Of a stretch of 64,000 nucleotides of DNA, positions 49,519-64,000 are shown one piece after another. The first letter of the stretch is position 1; each line of letters begins with the position of its first letter. The notes under the pieces were generated by a model, which saw only the letters and a list, made by a program, of their open reading frames with translations, had not been told where the DNA came from and did no database searches. This stretch comes from Guillardia theta CCMP2712. Taxonomy: Eukaryota; Protista; Cryptophyta. The DNA lies in NCBI RefSeq assembly GCF_000315625.1, contig NW_005434656.1, forward strand, positions 417,741 to 481,740, in the 5' to 3' direction. The position numbers were made by a program, and so were the translations under genes.

Positions 49519-51169
49519 ATGCAGTTGGTGGTGGAGTGCGGGGAGGGGAGGAGGCGCGTGGTGGGGGAGGAGGAGGAGCTTCTGCCTTCCTCCTCAGTCG
49601 CATTCCTGGCTCAGATACTGCAGGCGAGAAGCTGCCTCTTGTCCTCTTCCTGTGCTGAGACCTAGCAGATTGATGCCGAGGAAAGGCTCGCGACGACCTG
49701 CTGCGAGTTACAACCAGATCGTTTGCTCTCAGACTACAATGTGAGTTTGCTCCTCCTTCTTCCCCCCTCCCCCCATCTCTCTCTCCTCTCCTCTATCGAC
49801 GTCACGCTGGCCGTCAAGTCTTTCCGTCAACTGCTCTAACTCTCATCCTTCTGCCTTGGTAGATCAAATCCGGCTCCACAATCTTCGTGCTGGGCAGGTT
49901 GAGAGGAGGGATGCCAGCGAGCGCTCCTCGCATCAAGATGCCTGTGCTCTTTCGCTTCCTTTCATCGCGACCGCCTGACGCCTGCGCGCGCAGGCCAACA
50001 ATCGCATGCACAGCAGCGCTGCACTGAGGACGACGGACATGTGGTCGAACGTAAGAGACACCTCTTGCTTGCCCTCGCTGTTCATATGAGCCATCAGGTG
50101 ATTGGAAATGACTTCGGCAAAGCCAACGATGCTGGAGCTGTTGCTGGGGTAGGGAGACCTGCTGATCTCAAGCTTCTCGCGCGCTGACTTGAGGTCCCCC
50201 TGCAGTCAAGCTCCGGTCAGAACGCCTACGAGATGAGTCAGAACCTCATGACCCTGGCCAAGTTGAGCGGTGACTTGTCCCTTCTCCTCTCTCTCCTCTA
50301 CTCTCTCTCCTCTCCTCTCTCCTCTCTTTCCCCTTCCCCCTTCCCCATCCTTTCTCCTCGTGCATCTTAGCCTCACATGCTGTCGTCCATGCAGGTGCAG
50401 CCAAAGGAGGTGCCAACAGAGGAGCGTGAGTTTCGCATCCTGCCCTCCCACTGCTGGCCTTCGGAGCCAACTTCTCGATGCAATGACGAGCTTCATGTGT
50501 AGGTGCAAGAAATGTGGGGAGATCGGTCACCTTGCCTTCCAGTGTTTCAACATGCTCACTGGTTCGCTTCTCGTCTCACGCTCTTGCTCGTCGTTGTAAG
50601 GGCCACACAGGCAAGAAAGAACAAGCTGGTGATGTCAGCAGCACCTCCAGTGACGACGACGATGAGAGCGAGGAGGATCGCAGATCTGTCAGCACTGTTT
50701 CCAGCACCTCTTCTGAAGAAAGGTTGGAGCCCCTTCTTGCATCCCTCCATCCTGACCTCCCTCTCCCTCCTTCACTTTTCCTCCTTCCCTCCATCCCTTC
50801 GCTAACCCCCCCACCGGCATCGGCTGCTTCTCATCCTCTTGGTCAGGTCGCCCAGGAGGAAGAGCAGGCAGCAGCACGAGAGGTCGTCGCTCTGAGACTC
50901 TCTGGCGCTGCTAATGGGGTTGTACAGGTCGGAGCTCCCGCACAAGAGAGATCGGGAGCACTGGAGAGACCGAGATCATCGCGACCGATCAAGATCACCC
51001 AAGAGGTCCAAGTCGGAGAAGTCGGAGAAGAAGAAGAAGGACAAGAAGTCCAAGGACAAGAAGGTGCGAGCACGTCTGGCGCTGGCCGGCCTCAGGAAAG
51101 CTGACAACCTGACAGAAGAAAGACAAGAAGAAGTCTCACAAGAAGGACAAGAAGAGGAGGAAGGACTGA
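49519..51169 (+). CDS. Ubiquitin-like domain fused to CAX-interacting protein 4 (CXIP4)-like zinc-knuckle/RS-rich protein
   Basis: Exons 49519-49623, 49666-49740 and 49863 onward give a 76-aa UBL ending RLRGG, then MPASAPRIKMP/ANNRMHSSAALRTTDMWSN/VIGND, CKKCGEIGHLAFQC and a K/R/S/D-rich tail. Confidence 0.82.
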
Positions 51170-51426
51170 TGAGAACAAGTACAGCGACCGGGAGGCCCGA
51201 TCTCACTTAATCTAGAGTGGTTTCATTAATAAGTGCACGCTGGCAGGAAATGAGAGTGAGCAAGCAGCATGATTACTTGATGCTTCACAGATACCACACG
51301 ACTCTCTCTTTCTTTCTTGCACCGAACTGACATAAAGAAAATCCTTCCAAGCCAAAAGTTCGAGACTGTCTGGTGTGAGTGCGGAAGGATAAACAGCACT
51401 CAGTCACCACATACTTCCGCAGATCT

Positions 51427-52630
51427 CTATGAACTCCGCTTTCTGCTGAACCACCAGACAGCTCCTGCAACAAGTAGAGCCCCAGCAACCAGCACCATGT
51501 ATCCAGAAGCATCGTCGGTGTGTGCTTCGCTGCTCGAAGCCGCTTGCACGGCACTCTTAGAAACCCCCGAACCAACATTCTTCTTCTGAGCTATTCCTGC
51601 ACTCCCTTCGCATTCTTGAATCCACTCGAACCAAGATTGTATTGTTGCATCCAACAACTCCCTTTCCTTCTTCAACGCATTTCTCTTGTCCAGGTCCCTT
51701 TCCATGACCAAAACTCTATCAAAATCATGCTTGGACTCAGAAGAAAACTTGGAAGATTCTTCTGTATTCGAAACGACGATGCTCAAGGCTTGCTTCAGAA
51801 CAGCTCTGACCCACACCGACGAGCTGTCGTTGGCCAAGTCGATGCTCTTTTGAATAGCCGAGAGAGCCTCACGCAGCAGCTTGATAGCATCAGCCCTCTG
51901 ATAGAGCATGGCCAGCTCGAACATGCTCTTGGCCAGCTCAGCGAGGTTCACCGCATTCTGAGGCTCAACTTCGACTGCCCTCTTGTTGTTCTCCACCACA
52001 GACTCAAGCATCTGCTTCTGCATGTTCCTTATTTCAACTTTCCGCTCGTCTTCTGATTTGCCTTCCAAACGGGCGAGATGCTCGTGTGCTGCCCTTCTTT
52101 GCTCGTGTGCACTTTCAAGCTGGTCAATCATCTGCTTGTAGGAAATGTTCGTTGGTTCTCTTTGAACGCAAATCTGAAACTTCTCCTTCGCACACTTCAA
52201 GTGACTTTCGGCCTTTGAGTCATCGCGCTCAAGAAAGAAATTGAAGTAGAGAGCATTTCCAAGACAGAAGCAAGCAAGCTCTCCATCCTGGGTTCTGCAT
52301 CTATCATCCATGGAGTATGCTTTCTCAAGCTTCTCAATACTTTGCTTCAAGTAATCCTTCTTCGCTTCCTGTTCTTCGCAAACCATGGCCAAGTGCATCA
52401 GAGTTGAACCCCAGGACGCGAAAGATTCTGCAGACGAGGGATCATATTTCCTGACCATCAAAATAAGTCCAAAAACTACAAAGAAAAGAAGAACAATTAC
52501 ACTCTTTGTTCGAAAAATTGACATTGCTGATGCATTTGCATCAGCATTTCCTGCAAACCACTATCAGGCGCTCTGTAACCCAACAATACACAACAATTCA
52601 CACCGCAATTTGCTCCTGACTTGCTTGCAT
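51427..52630 (-). CDS. Plant-type mitochondrial import receptor Tom20-like TPR protein with C-terminal tail anchor
   Basis: DPSSAESFASWGSTLMHLA...SIEKLEKA...FCLGNA...FQICVQREPTNISYK; second degenerate copy EPQNAVNLAELAKSMFELA; C-terminal TM YMVLVAGALLVAGAVWWF+SRKR; exons 52604-52630, 52523-52560, 51427-52450. Confidence 0.75.
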
Positions 52631-54310
52631 TTTTGAGTCAGCAGAGGTGAACCTGAGCAGGAACAAGTCAACAAAAGAACAGATGAGTTGCACAACAGGT
52701 GGTGCCGAAAGTAAACATGCCCTAATGAAACCCAACATTTTTTACGTTGATCTGAAGAATCTAGGACGAGGAGCAGAAAAGAATAATTCGATTGAGAAGT
52801 AGGAGGAAAATTTCACTCTATCTGTGAACCATCCCTTATTCCCCTGTCGAAACTTGAGGCATCGCCTGCCCTGTTGCTATCACACGGTCTCAAGTCTGAA
52901 ACTGCTTCCTCCCTATGCTTTGTTGGACCGTCGTGTTTCCCACTACACCTCATTCTGTGCGCAACTCATTGTCATACATGTGTTTTTCTCCTCCCTTCCT
53001 CTCTTCTCCTCACTTCCTCTCCTCTCATCCCTTCATCTCTTCTCATCCCTTCGCTTCTCCATCGCACTGTTTCCTTCCCGCTTTGTGCATCATGCTCTGC
53101 CTCTGCCTCCACCACCCCTATCTTCCAACATCGTCCTACCACCTACCCTTGTCAAAGAGGTGATCCAGTACCAAAAAGTACCCCTTAGTACCCTGACTGT
53201 CCACCACCCCCTCCTTGTACACCCCCAATCTTTCTGTTCACGTCTGCGACCCACACGTATACAGGTCACCTCACCCCACCCTTCCCATTAAGTACCCCTC
53301 ACTTTACCTCTAAAACTATTGAAAGTACCCGGTACTTTTGAGTACCTCACCCCCGAGCGAACCAGTGGGTCATGCACAGGTGCAGAAGCAACGATCTCTG
53401 TTGCGCCTGAACGTACAATTTTTCATGAAACCGTTTTTGTAACGGATAAGTGCACGGGTTTTCAAACCCTGAGAGACAGGGGTCGGGGTGAGAATTCAGG
53501 AAGGAGGGGAAATATTTCAAAATTTGTGGGAGCGAGGAAGAAAAATCTCGAATATTACCCATCATATTCTCAATGAAAAAGGGGGTGTAATGAAAAGATG
53601 GCCTAAAGTGTCCAAAGCTGGCCTGAACCTGATCGTCAATCAGAGCCCCCGCCGAGAAAAAATTCAAACTGCCGCTCCGGCTGCTGCCGATGGCAGTGCT
53701 ACAGTAGGACGAGGAAGGGGACGGGCAGGAGGGAGAGAGAGAGGATTGAAGCAGAGGGAGATGAAAGAAGGACTTCTTTGAAGTAGCACATAGAGAAGAC
53801 AGGTGTAGAGAATTTTATGGGTGGATGGGATGAATAGGGTTTTCATTGCGCAGAGATTGCAGTCAGAAGAGAAGTGAGAATCAAATAGAGCAGGCTCGGT
53901 AAGACAGCGGTCATGATAGATTCTTTTGGAGTGAGATACTCTTCCAATCAGATAATATCAAATGAGCAAGGGCAGATCAACAACATGTCAAGATTTGGTA
54001 TAGCCAGTGGAGACCAAATGCTTTCTGTTAGAATCATTGCCTTGTCACTTGGTGAATATCTCGCTATGTGGATGTGCTCGGAATCATTGAACTTGCTGGA
54101 AGCGTTCGCATATTCCAACATATCATGTAGATCATGTCATATCAGATTGATGTCTGTTCTTGTTTCCCAATGCGGTCGTGCAACAAATTCTGAAAGTTCA
54201 TTGTCTCGGAGCACATTTCTCCATCTTGAAGTAATAAGCGTTACTTTGACAACATGGTTACCAGGTTTGAAATCGTTGGAGTTGCGCTCAGTTGCTGATC
54301 AACAGACAAC

Positions 54311-55726
<1,416 letters not shown>

Positions 55727-55811
55727 AGGGGAGGGGGGGGAGAGGATCAGCCGTCAAGTTTTGTGACTGTAAAATGAGAGGATGATGTTGATTTTCCCTC
55801 CTCGCGTCTCG

Positions 55812-60890
<5,079 letters not shown>

Positions 60891-61369
60891 ATGCTCTGCT
60901 TGCTCTCCCTCTTCTCCCTCCATCTGTGTCTCCCTCTTGCTTCAGCCTCCATCTTCCTGCCCCTCTTCTCCCTCCCCCCCTCCTCGCCTTCTCCTCTTGC
61001 CCCTCGCCCTGCCCCTTCCCCTTGACCGATGCGCCTGGTCACGGGAATTGAGTCGGGCTGGTCATGCAGGTGTCAGGAGCTCTTTTGTCGGGCTGCATCA
61101 GGAGCGAAGAGGTGGCGGGGGGGTGGAAGAGGGGGAGAAGACTCTGACATCACCAGAAGCGACACGGAGACGACTGGAGGAGGAGGAGGAGGAGGAGGAG
61201 GAGCAGCAGCAGCAGCAGCATGAGGAGGAGGATGGTGGGTTGAACAAGGTGAAGCAAGATGGGCATGGGTATAGGAAAGGAGAAGGAGGTACAGGAGCAG
61301 GAATAGGACATGAACGAGTGAGGCAGACAGAAGAACATGATGAGGAGGACAAGGGGATGCTGAGCAGCT

Positions 61370-61732
61370 TCATTGAGCAACCACTTTAAGTCTCGTCACT
61401 TGCCCCGCGCCTTTCACAGCTCGTCGCACCATCGTCACTCGATAGACTCCGTCGCTCTCGTACCGCAGCCCTCGCTTGAATCCCATCACCACCTCGCTGC
61501 CCGGAGGCCCCAGCGTCGCCTTCATCACCTCCCCCTTGTCCGCTCGGTAGAAGTTCCGCCCGTCGATCTCATACAGCACGTCCCCCAGCGCGATCTTGCC
61601 GCTCTCGTCTGCTGGGCTGTCGGGAACCAGCGAAGACACGACGAAGCTTCCGTCCTCCGCCTCGCGCAGAACGAGACCAACTCCGTAAGGCTCCGAGTCT
61701 CCCACGATCATGCTCCGCAAAGTCTTCCACAT
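61370..61732 (-). CDS. Small intronless PDZ-only protein (120 aa)
   Basis: YGVGLVL...FVVSSLVPDSPADESGKIALGDVLYEIDG...LGPPGSEVVMGFKR. Confidence 0.8.
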   Translation of the reverse strand: MWKTLRSMIVGDSEPYGVGLVLREAEDGSFVVSSLVPDSPADESGKIALGDVLYEIDGRNFYRADKGEVMKATLGPPGSEVVMGFKRGLRYESDGVYRVTMVRRAVKGAGQVTRLKVVAQ

Positions 61733-61800
61733 GCTGCTTGCCAGGTTCGGTCCTCTCGCTGTCTTGCTCCGAGGCTAATTCTTCTTGGCTCTTGTGTCTC

Positions 61801-62240
61801 CTACAAGTACTGTCCTGCCTTCTTCTCCTTCACTTGGTACTTGCCGTTCAGGTAGTAGGCCATGTCGTACGCCTGCATAAAGTCTCATATGACCACCAGC
61901 CCGCAACCTCCACACCTTCTGCGATGCTCCGATCCCGTAAGGTCCCTCCTTGTTCCCCATTCCTCCGAACGTCACCCCATACGAACTCTTCACTTGATCC
62001 GCAGAGAACTGGCTCTTTGACCACGACAGCTCCACGCCCGAATCACTCGACTGGCAAGGCAGCGTCAAAAATGCACGAGAAGCGAACATAAATAATCCAA
62101 GCATTGAACAAGTCTTCCTTGCCTTAGAACTACTTAGCAAGCTACATCTGGTACTGCAGCTGATTTGACGGCTAACTCCATCTGTTGGTCTGCACTTGCT
62201 CCTGGATGTTGTCTCTCTCAAAGTCATTTGATTAATCATT
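61801..62240 (-). CDS. Small hypothetical spliced protein
   Basis: Exons ...SSYGVTFGGMGNKEGPYGIGASQK / AYDMAYYLNGKYQVKEKKAGQYL*; 5' end uncertain. Confidence 0.4.
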
Positions 62241-62267
62241 CGTGTAATCTTTCTTATTCCTGTCATG

Positions 62268-62324
<57 letters not shown>

Positions 62325-62667
62325 ATCCTCATTCTCACCTTTGCCACCAGTACTTCGAACATTTTGCTTCTCGTCTATTTCCGGAAGCAGCACAGAAGAG
62401 GAAAACAGGGTACGGGTAGGGTGGTAGCTTTACCTCTGAAAGTAGGGGTATTTTATGCTATGAGTCAGTGTCATATTGGGGGTAGGGGTACAAAACTTTT
62501 GGGTCAGACTAGAAGAGTAGGGGTAGTACGTAAATCGTGTAGGGAACAGGGGTAGTAGATCTGGGTGGGGTAGTAGAACAAGTGGAGCCGGGAGGGGATG
62601 AGGTCCATCTAACGGCTAAGAGCGAACGATGAGGAACGAGAACAGAGGGGGAGGGGAGAAGAAGAGG

Positions 62668-62817
<150 letters not shown>

Positions 62818-63129
62818 ATCAGAAGCAGAAGCAGATGAAGAAGGAGCAGGAGAAGGAGAAGAAGAAAATGAGAGGAGAGAAAAGGTGCTGAAAAACTACA
62901 AGGAAAGGAGGGAAGGAGAGAAGTAGCTGAGAAATCTTGAGAGAACGTAAAAATGACGAAGAACAGGGAGAGACTAGGGCTCGAGAAAGACAAGGAATCG
63001 AAGGCATCAAACAGCAAAATGTATTCTGAGTGCCCAAAAATGCACGGAAGTGACATAACAATGGCAATGAGAAGATGAGGCTGAGCTATCATCGACTTCA
63101 AGGCTTGTCTGATGCTTCTTGCAGTTAGG

Positions 63130-63705
63130 ATGTCTTTCTTCGGCATCACGACTTTGGGTCCGCCCAACATCTTTCAACTCTACAGGCACCAGGAGATCTC
63201 CGCCATCTCCAAAGAAGACTTCTTCGTCGCCTTTCGCATGGTTGCAGGAGGAGCTGGCACCATCACCAAGGATCAGATCAAAGACGTCATGCATGAGGTC
63301 GGCGCTCCCACAGAGGGTGAAGACTTCGACAAGTTCTCCTCCTTCTTCGACAACCATGACGCCTTCAACCTTGAGAGCTTCGAGGATGCGCTCGACGACT
63401 TCATGGCCAACAACCCCACCAAGCCAGCCAAGCAGTATGTGTCGTCTTCTAAGCTTAAGGAGGACAGGCTCAAGCACAAGCGATGCGAGGGATCCTCCGC
63501 CCAAAAGTACCACGTGCCCCTCACGTCCTCACAAGAGTACGGCTGGGGGAACCCAACCGACAACATCAAGCGAGCCCTTCCTCCTTGCGGTAAGATGTTC
63601 GCTCACCGACCATCGCACATGTCCTACTATGCCGAGTGCATGATCTGCTATGAGGAAGGACGAGACTTGTCTGCTGGGCCCACCTTGAAGGCCATGGAGC
63701 TATGA
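63130..63705 (+). CDS. EF-hand-like flagellar microtubule-inner-protein candidate (FAP85/TEX49-like)
   Basis: N-terminal MSFFGITTLGPPN; degenerate EF hands (GAGTITKDQIKDVM); C-terminal PLTSSQEYGW...SHMSYYAE motif. Confidence 0.62.
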   Translation: MSFFGITTLGPPNIFQLYRHQEISAISKEDFFVAFRMVAGGAGTITKDQIKDVMHEVGAPTEGEDFDKFSSFFDNHDAFNLESFEDALDDFMANNPTKPAKQYVSSSKLKEDRLKHKRCEGSSAQKYHVPLTSSQEYGWGNPTDNIKRALPPCGKMFAHRPSHMSYYAECMICYEEGRDLSAGPTLKAMEL

Positions 63706-63774
63706 GAGGGGTCTCAGTTGGATCTTCGCGTCCTCTTCTCTCTTTATTGTCTAAGCAGGATGTGTCTGGTAACC

Positions 63775-64000
63775 TCATTTCGTCACTTGCCCCTGGGCCG
63801 TGCTTCGTCGAGCTCGCACACGCGCAAGAGCAGACGTGAGGGCGGGCTGGGCGACCATGGCCGCGTCCTGCTCGTTCATGGGAGCCTGCAAGATCGTGAG
63901 TGCAGGCAGGAGATGACAAGCTGATTGCCTTGGGCTCGATCTGCTGCTTCTTCTTGTCTGCTCGCTTGAGCTCCTCAACTTCAGTCTTGAGCCTCATGAT
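63775..64000 (-). CDS. 3' exons of a coiled-coil protein running off the window
   Basis: MRLKTEVEELKRADKKKQQIEPK; partial, end uncertain. Confidence 0.35.

Overview
Intron-rich eukaryotic nuclear DNA with short GT-AG introns of about 45-110 nt, abundant purine/pyrimidine microsatellites and one assembly gap (59481-60369). Gene content and style suggest a cryptophyte alga such as Guillardia theta (inference). The ORF track is largely misleading because of splicing, so I rebuilt gene models by hand. Recognisable genes: ABCB half-transporter (3' end), PDZ + tyrosine-kinase-type kinase, PDZ coiled-coil protein, MGCGSS acylation-motif protein, zf-4CXXC_R1 protein, class I HDAC, ARM-repeat/DnaJ protein, MAD1, tRNA-Lys(CTT), queuosine salvage QNG1, exostosin (GT47) glycosyltransferase, type-1 rhodopsin with a DTN motif, CXIP4-like protein, plant-type Tom20, PP1 catalytic subunit, GT2-like glycosyltransferase, PDZ-only protein and a TEX49/FAP85-like EF-hand protein. 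Most interesting: (1) a ~3 kb foreign-looking island at 26.0-28.9 kb next to the tRNA, with a GCACAAT repeat array, an intronless 737-aa HPD/TCP11-like ORF, a 3' hairpin and a frameshifted remnant resembling a herpes/mirusvirus-type terminase ATPase; (2) a spliced, exactly 76-aa divergent ubiquitin-like domain ending LRGG fused in frame to CXIP4; (3) a duplicated-domain plant-type Tom20; (4) a PTK-signature kinase with HRDLAAHN. All family assignments come from motif recognition by eye; no searches were run.
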